64,000 nucleotides of DNA, taken from positions 17,892,072 through 17,956,071 of the forward strand of contig NC_092390.1 of NCBI RefSeq assembly GCF_030028105.1. The letters are read 5' to 3'. Source of the stretch: Mobula birostris (Eukaryota). The notes under the pieces were generated by a model. It was not told the origin of the DNA. It did no database searches and saw only the letters and a list, made by a program, of their open reading frames with translations. The number at the start of each line of letters is the position of its first letter. Position 1 is the stretch's first letter. Positions 24,251 through 36,411 of the stretch are shown here, piece by piece. A program made the position numbers and the translations under genes.

Positions 24251-25485
24251 ATATACTTGTGACAAATAAAGCTAATGTTTATCTTTATACTTCCCTCCAG
24301 TCCTTCCGGAGTTAACCGGCCCTCCGCTGGGGAAGTATGTCTTCCTTCTTCATGCTGCCAGGGATCCTCATTACCTCGTAATCTTCGATAAATTCTTCCC
24401 TCAGAATGTTGGCTTCAAAGATCTCTCTCACTAAGTGCAACCCTCCGGAAGCAGCCACGTCCAGTGAGATCCCCCAGCACTCTCTTCAGAGTGTCCCTTC
24501 CTTCCCGTAATGTGGTGATCGGAGTCACAGATCACTACATCACAAAAACAGGCCCTTCCAGCCCATCTGGTCAGAGCCAACCTGTTACTCTGCTAAATCC
24601 CATCGACCCGTAACCAGACCATAGCCCTCCATACCCCTCCTACCCTTGTAGATATCCAAAATTCTCCTAAACGTTGAAACCAACCCTACATCTATCGCTT
24701 GTGGAAGTATGGAGTGCTGGCATCTCGCTCCACGCTCTCAGCACTCCTTGAGTGAAGAAGTCCCCCCTCAAGTTCTCCTTAAACATTTTGCCTTTCACCC
24801 TTAAATCATGGTCGGTCGATCTAGTCTTACCCAACCTCGATGGAAAAAAGCCTGCTTGTATTTACCCTGTTTATACCCCCTCATAAATTTATCGACCTCT
24901 TTCACGTCTCCCCTCATTCTCCCACGCTCCAGGGAATGACGTCATAACCTGTTCAGCCTTTCCTCATAACTCAGATCCTCAAGTCCCGGCAACATCCATG
25001 GAAATTTTCTCTGTACACTTTCGATATTATTGGTATCTTTCCTGTAGGCAGGTGTTCAGAGGGGCACAAAATACTCTCAACCAGTTCTCACCAGTGTCTG
25101 ATGCAACTGCAGTATAACATTCCAACTCCTGTACTCAGTACTTTGATTTATGAAGCCAACAGCTCTCTTTACAACCACATCCAACTGTGATACCACTTCC
25201 ATTGAAATTTTGAACTGTTTATACAATTGTAGCATGACCGTCCCCTGCCTCTTGTATTTTGTACCTGCCGCTGTTCCCTGCCCACTTTCTCAACCACCTC
25301 ATGCCCTTCAGAGAGCATGGGCGTGCCCCCCGAGATACCTCATCTCCACCACGTTTCCTCCCGTCCGCTTGCCACTGCTGTGACCAGACGGGCTGCTGCG
25401 TCGGTGAGGCAAACCCTGTCCGCCAGTGGCGGCTGCCGACGCTCACGGGGAGGGGGGGTACGAAACAGTACAGACAGAGACTCAC

Positions 25486-25650
25486 CTCTCACGGCTTTCA
25501 GCCCTGAGCGAGGCGCGGCTGCTCTTATACGGTCACCTGTGGCCCGCGGCGTGCGAAGGGCGCAGCTGGTCGCTGAGAACGCCGAGCGTGAAATCCAGAT
25601 GCTCGGCTCGGTCTTTCCAACAAGGTCAGCTGATAATGGGGAGAAAAACA
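25486..25650 (-). promoter_or_regulatory. Putative lipase promoter plus short non-coding exon 1
   Basis: Minus-strand TATAAGA at 25529-25523; donor GAG|gtgagt at 25486/25485. E-boxes at 25534, 25563, 25596 and 25627; CAAGGTCA at 25621; TGATAA at 25631. Confidence 0.6.
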
Positions 25651-25739
25651 AGCCTGGACCTTGGACTATAAACCAAGCTTTGACTCTTTGTAACCAGCTT
25701 GGGTTTCATCTCCTACAAATCTCCGTGACACCTGAGTAA

Positions 25740-26915
25740 ATCTGTGGAGTGGTGATCTCTCCTTCCATGTCGGGGTTGATGGACGGGTCTGAGGCCTCCG
25801 TCGGTCAAAGTTGACCGTAGATATTGCGACCTAGCTGTCTAGATACACAAGTGTGGGCAGCACTATACGGAGAGCAAGGCCACCCCCAGCCCCTCCCCAT
25901 GCACCTGATGAACCCAAGTGAACGGCAGAGACTGATACAGTTTGGTACCAGCAGCGTCACAGGAGTTGCCAGTCAGCACTGAACTCAAGGTAGGACTTCT
26001 TTAGGGACTCCAGCTCCGGGTTTACTCCCGAAGCCTTCCCCATGAGTGGGTATAGCCGTAAAGCGGCGGAGGTTTGAGATCAGAGTTTTCCTTCTCCTAG
26101 ATGAACTGCCGACCACGGCTGATGAGCCCCATCTGTCCGAAGCGACTGGTTTTAAGGCTCCAGCAACCCGCCTTTGCCCCTTTTCCTGTCAGTAGAAGTA
26201 GTTCAGACAGGCTGAGTAGCTAAGCCCCACGTGAAGGCCAGGAGCTGGTTGTCAGAGGCTACTTCAGGTGTACATCACTGGGAGCATTTAATAGGTAGTG
26301 GTGTCGTAGTGGATCGACCCGATGCAAAGAAAACAGTACCACAAGTACACTAACACACGCAACTCTTTTTCAAACTTTTACTCTTTATTTACAACATGCT
26401 GTGGGGGAAGTTACAGCCTGATCTCAAAGAGCCAGTCCAGACATTGCCCCCGAATTACACAATTGGCCACAATTTATAACATTGATCAGGTAGCAGGAAA
26501 TCTTACAAGTTTAGACAATATTAGAATCATTTCAATCACATGGCAAGATAAAATTAGATGTAAAATGATCATTGGTCAGTTAGTTATAATTATTTTAAGC
26601 CAAAGCTAGCCCATCAGTTCCTCATTCAGACACCTTCCCCTTTTCTCTGGAACATTCTAACCCCTACACGATTCTTCACATATTTAGCTATACCTTGAGC
26701 TGCTTCTGCAAGATCAAATAATTCCTCATTTGAACCCTTGCCTATCTTTAGAGAACAATGGCTAGTACGTCATCTGTTGCTGGGTAAAGTTTCTTTCTGA
26801 CTTGTCCCAGCGACAGTATTGATCGCTAGCCAATCATTGTTCTTAGTCTATACCCCTATTTACCTATCCCCCTACTCCACCAGTGGGAGCTTGTTCCCAT
26901 TACTATCCCGCTCCC
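25740..26915 (-). mobile_element. RTE-related non-autonomous element, split by a solo LTR
   Basis: Minus strand contains GGGGCTCATCAGCC...CTAGGAGAAGGAAAACTCTGATCTCAAACC, resembling RTE 5' UTRs; the sequence resumes after 26886. Confidence 0.5.
26302..26882 (-). mobile_element. Solo LTR (581 bp, TG...CA, 4-bp TSD GTGG)
   Basis: GTGG|TGTCG...CACCA|GTGG; minus-strand TATAAA at 26478-26473 and AATAAA at 26389-26384. Confidence 0.7.
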
Positions 26916-28849
26916 CCAGCTTTAACAACTTCAAGGATGGAGGAGTGCTGTTAGTAATATCACCGCGACATGAGGTATAACTCTGAGCTATGGAAGTTTC
27001 CTGCCCCGTGTGATATAGCGGGGTTCCCTGTCCCTGTAGAATATACTGGTGCACCCTGTCCCTGTCAGACGCACGTGGTTACTCTATCCATGCGATTCAC
27101 TGTAGTCTCCTTGTGCAATGTACAGGGGTTGCACATCCCCTTTGTGATACATTGCTCCACCTTATTCCTGTATTGTTAAATTAAATTCAAAGATTCCAAG
27201 AGTCAAAGCACATTAATCATCAAAGAACATATAAATTATACATCCTTGAAATTTGTCTGCTTACACAGAGCAAGAAACCCGAAAAGAACCCATTTGAAAA
27301 ACAAAGAAAGACCAATCCCCAATATGCAGAGAAAGAGAAAAAAAAAAGCACATCATGCAGACGTTAGAAGCGAGCAACAGCATTCCAAACAAAATGGAAT
27401 TCTTAGATCCGAATCCCTGGAGCAGCCTAGAGTCGGCACAAAGCCTCAGTATTCAGTTCGGCGTTCTATTGGGGCAAATCACTGCAAAGTTCGCAGACAC
27501 GAAGCACGGCAGCCGGCGGCCCCAGTGTCGCGGAGAGAGGAGTGAAAATTGGTTCATTATTGTTATATGCAGTGAGGTGAAGTGAAAAAACTTGGTTTTG
27601 CTTTCGTTACATCAGTACAGTACATTGACGCAGTACGAGAGGAAACAATAACAGAATGCAGAATAAAGTATTACAGTGACAGGGAAAAAAGCAGCGTGGG
27701 CGGACAATAAGGTGCAGGGCACAACGAGGTACTTCTGGCAGCTTGGTGCTACTGCAGTTGGTGGTGATGTCTCATATTTCAGGAACCCAAGTTTGATGCC
27801 AATCCCAGGTCCAAACAGTACCTCAGTGGCAGAGCTGGGGGAAGATGATGACACATCACAGCGGCAGTGAAGGTGGAGACTCCATTAAGGGAATAAACCC
27901 TTAGCGGAACATGATCCTCGGCTCGGGTGATCTCACTGCTGCTACTCAGGTGCTGTCCATGTGGAGTTTGCCTGCTCTGATGGTGACGTCGCGGAATCTA
28001 CCTATGCTCTGGATTTCTCCAACATCTCAACAATGTACTTTATTTAAAGGGTTGTGCACTTTACCACAGAGTGGGTTATAGTGGCAAGAAGAAATGTTTA
28101 ATATAAGTATAGCGACAGTAAATGTAATAGTACAAATTATATTCAGTTTTATTGTCAAATTGAAAGTCAAGTTTATTGCCATATACACAAGCCCATACGT
28201 GCAAAGATGCAACAGAAAGGTTATTTGCACCAGCATCACAGGTACGCACGTCATATAAACTGCATTCACAAGAAAATATGAATGTAACATAAATTATATA
28301 CAATATTTACACAATTAGAATGAGTTCCTTCAGCACTTGGAGTTGCTTTATAAAAAAGCCTATTTTAGTGCAAAGTGATGAAAGTGGTCACACGGTTCCT
28401 AAATGAACCGAATAGTTGAAGAGAAGTATTTTTCTTTGAACTTGGTGGACTTAAGACTTCGCTACCTCGCGCAGAATGCTAGCTTCGAGAATAAGGCATG
28501 GCCGAAATGGTGGGGACTTTTGATGATATTTGTTGCCGAGGCTTCTAACAACTTGCAACTGAGATGCGCAACACAGTTGAGATACTTTAGCCTATCTGCT
28601 CAAAATCCCCAACACAATTTGATATTCTAGGATTCTCATCACTCTGAGATACACTGAATCAGAATCAGATTTATTATTATTGACATGCCATGAAATCTGT
28701 TTTTTTAAACAATGATTTGGTTGGGGCATGACACTATTCGTATATTATTGGTGAACTTTTCCTGACCTTGTCCATGACGAAGTTCTGACATGGGGGCCTG
28801 TCCCTTTAATTGATCTTCAAACTGTAAAGGAAATTTGTATCGCCTTAAC

Positions 28850-28960
28850 TGTCGTAAAGAGTAGCTGGGAACTCTACCAGCACTACCGTAAAGTGAGAGC
28901 CACCTCTATAAGTGCGGTCGGGTGTCGTAAAAAGCGGCAGAGAGTGAAAATGGCGGCGGT
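28850..28960 (+). promoter_or_regulatory. TAF5 proximal promoter / CpG island edge with YY1/TISU-like AAAATGGCGGC over the start codon
   Basis: AAAATGGCGGC at 28947-28957; three (GT)CGTAAA motifs at 28851, 28886 and 28924; CpG-rich to ~29550. Confidence 0.65.
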
Positions 28961-29542
28961 GCCGGAACCGCCGAGTGACGGGCCGAGCCCGAGTCCCGCT
29001 GTCTCCGCGGCGCCCACCTCTACCCCGACTCCCACCCCGGCCCCCGCCGTCGCCGCTGCTTCTCCGGCGCCCTCGCCGTCGCCCAGCCCGTCGCCAACGC
29101 TGGCGGTGAAGACGGAGACGGCAGAGAGCCCGGGGGAGGGAGGCAGGCCGGCGGCGGGTCCCGGCCCCGAGCTCAGCGAGCGCCAGACCTTGCTCGCCGT
29201 GCTCCAGTTCCTGAAGAAGAACCGTTTCCGCGAGGCCGAGGAGACGCTGCGGCGGGAGGCCAGCGTGCAGGAGGCGTTGGACGATGCGATGAGGACGGCC
29301 GGTCCCCGCGGCCCCGATTCAGTGCACCAGCCCGACGTCAGTTCGGTGCTGTCGGCCTACAGCAACCAGGGAGACCCCAGCCTCTACGAGGAGTACTACA
29401 GCGGCCTGAAGGCCTTCATCGAGGCGGCGCTGGACGCGCTGAAAGCCGAACTGGCCAGCCTGCTGTACCCGGTGTTCGTGCATCTGTACCTGGAGCTGGT
29501 CTACAACGAGCACGAACGTGAGGCCCGGCACTTCTTCCAGAG
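28950..29542 (+). CDS. TAF5: TAF5 exon 1 (P/A/S-rich tail, LisH, start of NTD2)
   Basis: RQTLLAVLQFLKK..LRREA; QPDVSSVLSAY..LYPVFVHLYLELVYN; donor AG|gtcagc. Confidence 0.95.
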
Positions 29543-32500
29543 GTCAGCATAGCGTCAATGTGTTACAAACCCCTTGCTCGGAGCCCAAGCACGTCTGACA
29601 CTTGTCTCACAGGACAACAATGGTGTGTGAAACACTGTCAGCGTGTAAACCCATTCCTGGGGCCCAAACAAGTCTTGACACTTCAATAGCTCAGCTCCCG
29701 TACACAGTCTCACGGTGCGGTGTGTGGAACACCGTGTTGGTGTTTCAACTCCTTACCGAGCATGAGTGGCAGCTCAGCAACACAACGTCACGGGTCAATG
29801 ATAGTGCACAAAACAGTTTTCTGGAGGAACTCATCGGGTCTAGCAGCATCTGTGAGAGGAAAGCAATTGTTCATAGTTCAGGCTGAAACCCTGCACTAGG
29901 ACAGACAGGGTCCTAATGTAAGGCTTCAACCCAAAACAATCTGATATAGTGCGTGGCACAGTGTGATGGGTAAATAGCATAGTGTTAATGTATAGACCCT
30001 TGTGGCTGAAGCAGAAAGAGGAGGCATAACATTTGTTCCACATTGAGAGTTAATGTAGTCTGGTATCTGTGTTGCATGTCTGTTTCTGTGTGGGGGTACA
30101 GAGGCAACTGGGAGTAGTTTCCAGTCTAGAACCCCTCCTGTTACTGGATCAGCCCTTGCTCCGTGAACACACACAGTGCTGGAGAAACTCAGGCCAGGCA
30201 ACGTCTATAGGGGGGAATAAACAGTTGACGTTTCGGGCTGAGACCCTTCAACGGGACTGGTAAAGAAGGGGGGAGGATGCCAGAATGAGAAAGTTGAGGG
30301 AGGGGAAGGATTACAATCTGGCAGGTGATAGATGAATCATAGACACAAAAGATTGTGCAGATGCTGGAAATGCAGAGCAACATACACTCACAAAACGCTG
30401 GAGGGACTCGGCAGGTCACATAACATCTATGGAAATGACGTTTGAGGCCAAGACCCTTCATCAGGACTCTTGATGCTGCCTGACCTGCTGAGTTCATCCA
30501 GCATTTTGTATGTGTTACTAAGGTGGTGGGGAAAGGCAGGTAGGTGAGGGACGGGGAGATGAAGTGAGAAGCTGGGAGATGATAGGTGGAAATTATATCT
30601 GGTAGCTAATTTTAAAGATTTCCCCGTGCTTTTGCACTCCACAGTATGAAATTCCAGAAGTGGAATATCAGGGCCCCCGTGGACAATGTCATCTGTCGCA
30701 GTCCTCAATACCACTCAGTTATTGGTCAGCGTCTGTTATGTAAGCATATGCAAAATAGAGATGGTTCCATTTCTAAATGGGTAATCTGATATAATGGGAG
30801 CAAGTGAGGCGGTTTCAGTTACATCTCATTTAGGAAACTTTTGGGAAGGACAATGGTTTTAAAGGAATCTATATGAAGATGTGTCACTCATGGGCTACCA
30901 CCAAATTGCCCCAGTTCCTATCCCTTTCTTTGTTAATTGATTCTGTTACACTGCAGCACTTAATGAGCCGTGATTTCACGCAGTGCGCAACCCGGCAAGG
31001 TTACGTTTCCTACAGGAGAATGCCTATTCCACCCCATTCTCGATTTTTCGAGACAGTTTTGGGCAGGGTGAAGATGCGTCTCTACCAAAGGAGGTGTAAG
31101 GCGCTCCTTCCCTCTGCTAGCCTGCGGGTCAACTTTGGGAAAGGTGTAGCCCCTGCTTAAACCCCCCCCAACTGATCAGGGTCACTGGGCAGACAGTCTC
31201 TGAAGAGTATTGATTATGACTGGAGTCACCCATCTTCTAAAGGCACTGCCTAGAAGAAGGCAATGGCGAACCATTTCTGTAGAAAAATTTGCTGAGAACA
31301 ATCATGGTTGTGGAGACCATGATCTCCCACGTCATGATGATGAATATTGAGAGGGGGGCCTGGCAGAGAAGCGTGTTCTTAAGTGAACCTGTTGGCTATT
31401 TTAGTAAGATTGGGCATGCTTATCAAATAGGGTTAGATTAGTGTATACCCACTGGAGTTTGGAACAATGAGCAATGATGGGACACAATATTGCCTTCTTT
31501 TGCACAATGGTTGTTGTCACTACTTATATATGTATCTTTATAAATGCAACATGGAATGGGCCCTTCCTACCCAGCGAACTATGCCGCCCAGCGACCTGCA
31601 TGTTTAACCCTAGCCTAATCCCAGGACAGTTTATAATAACCAGTTAACCTACCAGCCGGTACGTCTTTGGTGTGTGGGAGGAATCTGGAGCACTCGGGTG
31701 AAATCCCTTGAATCACAGGGAAAATGTACAAATTTCTTACAGACAGCGTCGGAATTGAAATCAGAACTCCAATGCCCCGAGCTGTAATAGCGTCATGCTA
31801 CTGTGGCGCCTCGTGTATAGTTTTTCATAAATTTTGTTGTATTTCTTTATTTTCCTTAAATATCTTGGAAATGAGTCTGTAGGTTGTGGAATCAGTTCAG
31901 AGTTGTGGTGAGTGAAGTTGTCCCTGCCGGTTCAGGAGCCTGATGTTTGTAGTTTAATAATTGTTCCTGACGCTGGTGGTCAGAAGAGAGCATGGCCTGG
32001 ATGATGGGGCTGTTGATTGCTGCTTTCTTGCTTAGTGCTCCTTGTAAATGCACTATTAACCTGTGACATGGTTTATTGCAGGTACCATGGAGATCAGGAA
32101 GGTTACTACCAGGATGACCTGCGAGTGCTGGCTGGGCTATCCAAGAAAGAACACATGCAGGGTAACGAGACGGTCCTAGACTTTCGCACCAGCAAGTTTG
32201 TGCTGCGTATCTCGCGCGACTCCTACCAGTGCCTGAAACGCCATCTGCAGGAGAGGCATAACAACCAGATCTGGAACATCGTGCAGGAGCACCTGTTCAT
32301 CGACGTCTTTGACGGCATGCCCAGGAGCAAGCAGCAGATTGAGTTAACGTCTGGAGGAATGGCAGGCGAGGCCAAGAGGGAGGCCAATAAAACCAAGGTG
32401 GGCACTTAGTCGTCTTCATTCTTCGTGGGATCAGTAGGGAGTTCCGGACCTGAGTTCCCATTCTCTGGAGGGTCAGTGGTGAATTCTAGGCCCGTTCCCT

Positions 32501-35500
32501 TGAGGGTGCGTAGGAGGTTTGATTAGTAAGTTTGTGGATGTTACATGTTAGCGCTATTGTGGATTGCAAGGAACATGGTCTACTGATACAGCAGGATATA
32601 GATCAGATGGAAAGTGGGTCAGAGCGCCAGCAGATTGAATTTATTCCCAACAAGTGTACTTTGGGAAGTCAGATGGGATAGGATGTATACAGTAAATGAT
32701 TGAGCATTAAAGTGTTGAATAGTGGGAGCTTGGGGTTCAAATCCTAATTCTCTTGAAAGTGGCATCATAAGCAGATAGATAGGGTGCTAAAGAAGGCATA
32801 TGTCATACTTGCATTCGTAGGCTGGGGCACAGAATGTCAAAGATGGGAAGTTGTACTGCAACATGTAAAACACTAGAGTATTGTTGTCGTTCTGGTCACC
32901 GTGCTGTAGCTAGGATCTTGTTGTATTGGAGAGAGTGCAGAGGCGTTTCACCAGGATGTTGCCTGGATTGGAGCACTCCAGTTACTGGAAGGGGTTTGAT
33001 AGGTTGGGATTATTTTCCCTGGAGCAAAGGAGGCTGATGGGCAACCAGACCTTTATACTGTTCTAAAAGATTATAGAACAGTACAGTACGGCCCATGATG
33101 TCGTACCAGCCTTTTAACCAACTCTAGGATCAATCTAACCCTTTCTTCCCATGTAGCCCTCCATTTTTCTATCGTCCATGTGCCTATCTTATTGTAGGAT
33201 AGATCCTCTCAAAAACAGAGAGAGTCAAAAGCAAGAGGATCCAAGGTTAGAGATTTAAAGGATACATTTTTTTAGTGTGACTGATAATTGGAACGTGCTG
33301 TCAGGGGAGGTGGAATCTGATACAATTGCTCAGTTTAAGAGGTTTTTAAGCAGGCAAGGCGGAGAAGTAAATGGGGCTACTGCAGGCAAATGGGATTATT
33401 ATAGATGGCTGAATAGGTTGGCATGGACGTGATGGGGCCTGTTTCAGTGCTGTACTACTCTGACATCGGATCCTAGTAGCCATTCTTTACAAGATTGGTG
33501 GGGCTTTGGTTTCCATCTAGGGGAATGGCAACTAACTGAAGCGGGGGGAAGGGAGCATGTAGGGGTTTCTCTGGATTTTGCTACTCTTGTGTGTTTTTCC
33601 AGTGTTCTGTGTTTTCATTTGCCATTGTTGTGTTACTAACCTTGAGCACCCAGAGTGAGGAGCTACAGTCCTAGTACTGTGCATCCGGTGGGGAACAGGA
33701 GGCTGCACCAAGATAACTTGCTAAAATCTTGACAGGTGTTCTTCGGGCTGTTGAAGGAGCCTGAGATTGAGCTGCCTCTCGATGACGAAGATGAGGAAGG
33801 AGAAAATGAAGAGGGGAAACCGAAGAAGAAGAAGCCAAAAAAGGACAGTCTGGGGGCAAAGAGCAAGAAGCAGGACCCCAATGCCCCTCCACAGAACAGG
33901 TCTGACAATTCACCCCTCAGTTGCAGCTGATCGGGCAGTTATGGTCCTGTCAGGATGATGTTTCGCTCTAACAGATGAGCCACTCTCCTCGGTCTATCGG
34001 AATTTGTCCTTACTCTTAATAATTTCTCCTTTGGCTCCTCCCACTTCCTCCAAACTAAAGGTGTAGCTATGGGCACCTGTATGGGTCCCAGCTATGCCTA
34101 CCTTTTTGTTGGTTTTGTGGAACAATCCATGTTTCAAGCCTATACTGGTATCTGTTCCCCACTTTTCCTTCGCTACATTGACAACTGCATTGGTGCTGCT
34201 TCCTGCACGCATGCTAAGCTCATTGACTTCCTTAACTTTGCCTCCAACTTTCACTCTGCCCTCAAGTTTACCTGGTCCATTTCCGACACCTCTCTCCCCT
34301 TTCTTGATCTTTCTGTTTCTGTCTCTATCTCTGGAGACAGCTTATCTACTGATGTCTACTACAAGCCTACAGACTCTCACAGCTACCTGGACTATTCCTC
34401 TTCCCACCCTGTCTCTTGCAAAAATGCCATCCCCTTCTCGTAATTCCTCCATCTCCGCCGCATCTTCTCTCAGGATGAGGCTTTTCATTCCAGGACGAAG
34501 GAAATATCCTTTTTTAAAGAAAGGGGCTTCCCTTCCTCCACCATCAACTCTGCTCTCAAACGCATCTCTCCCATTTCACGCACATCTGCTCTCACTCCAT
34601 CTTCCCACCACCCCACTAGGAATAGGGTTCCCCTGGTCCTCACCTACCACCCCACCAGCCTCCGGGTCCAACATATAATTCTCCATAACTTCCGCCACCT
34701 CCAACGGGATCCCACCACTAAGCATATCTTTCCCTCCCCCCCTCTCTCTGCATTCCGCAGGGATCGCTCCCTATGCAACTTCCTTGTCCATTCGTCCCCC
34801 CCCATCCCTTCCCACCGATCTCCCTCCCGGCACTTATCCTTGTAAGAGGAACAAGTGCTACACATGCCCTTATACTTCCTCCCTCACCACCATTCAGGGC
34901 CCCAGACAGTCCTTCCAGGTGAGGTCACACTTCACCTGTGAGTCGGCTGGGGTGATATACTGCGTCCAGTGCTCCCAATGCGGCCTTCTATATATTGGCA
35001 AGACCCGATGCAGGCTGGGAGACCGCTTCGCTGAACACCTACGCTCTGTCCGCCAGAGAAAGCAGAATCTCCCCGTGGCCACACATTTTAGTTCCATGTT
35101 CCATGTCCCATTCCCATTCTGATATGTCTATCCACAGCCTCCTCTACTGTAAAGATGAAGCCACACTCAGGTTGGAGGAACAACACCTTATATTCCGTCT
35201 GGGTAGCCTCCAACCTGATGGCATGACATTGACTTCTCTAACTTCCGTTAATGCCCCACCTCCCCTACGTGCCCCACCTGTTATTTATTTATTTATTTAT
35301 TCATTCATTCATTCATTCATTCATTCTTTCCCCCCTTTTTTTCCTCTTTTTTTCCTCCCTCTGTCCCTCACATTATAACTCCTTGCCCATCCTCTGGGTT
35401 TCCCCCCACCTTTCTTTCTCCCTAGGCCTCCCGCCCCATGATCCTCTCCCTTCTCCAGCCTGGTATCCCTTTTGCCAATCAGCTTTCCAGCTCTTAGCTC

Positions 35501-36373
35501 CATCCCTCCCCCTCCTGTCTTCTCCTATCACTTCGGATCTCCCCCTCCCACTTTCAAATCTCTTACTATCTCTTCTTTCAGTTAGTCCTGACGAAGGGTC
35601 TTGGCCCGAAACATCGACTGTACCTCTTCCTATAGATGCTGCCTGGCCTGTTGCGTTCACCAGCATTTTTTGTGTGTGTGGCTTGAAATTCTAGCATCTG
35701 CAGATTTCCTCGAGATGAGCCTTTTACTCATTCAGTGCCATTTAAAAACAATCCTAAAGAGAGGGTGTTTTCAAATGACAGTGTTGTTAATTAGGACAGG
35801 AGATTTTTCATTCCTGAGACACTGTTGCTATTAAAATTCCCCCTACACTATTTCATCACTCACTCCAGGTTAGGTTATTGGTTTATTGTTGTCATTTATA
35901 CTGAAGTACAGGGCAAAATTTAGTTTTGCTTGCCATACCGAAAACTTCACATCAGTTCACCAAGGTAGGGGGAGATGAGAGGTACATTCTACGCTAACCC
36001 ATCAAACACTCCTGCATTGGGTACACTTCTGATTAATAAATGTTGAGTCTGCCAATGTTACATTGTGTCCAAAGCTAGTCAACTGGCACCTGTTCTGTGC
36101 ACAATCAGCAGATGAGAAGCAGTTTTATAAAATGATCCAAATTAAAATGTGCGAGTTTCAGAATGATGAGACCTGGTCTTTAACCTAAAGTGTCATTCGT
36201 GACATTGTGGCTAGTGCACTTGACTGAGATCACTGTGATCAGCTACTTTCACCCCTGTAACATGTCCCATCCACGCTCTACCCTAGCTCATCTGCAGAAG
36301 CCTTGGTGCATGGCTCTGTTACATCCAGAGTTAATGACCCCAGCACTCTCCTGTCCAGCCTACTTTGTTACAC

Positions 36374-36411
<38 letters not shown>

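Larger units (their letters stand above)
5679..25500 (-). other. Pancreatic lipase-family gene (PNLIP/PNLIPRP-like, probably catalytically inactive), 5' part only; downstream exons outside the window
   Basis: Seven coding exons of 49/161/126/135/109/120/120 bp splice in frame (820 nt). They carry family motifs [46 protein letters not shown]. Confidence 0.93.

Noticed and set aside
26118-26150. CTGATGAG...CGAAG hammerhead-like string
   Set aside because: Lacks GAAA and a paired stem II; better explained as the antisense of an RTE 5' UTR motif.
27612-27930. Coding-looking stretch, possible processed pseudogene
   Set aside because: No protein family I can recognise in any frame; would need BLASTX.
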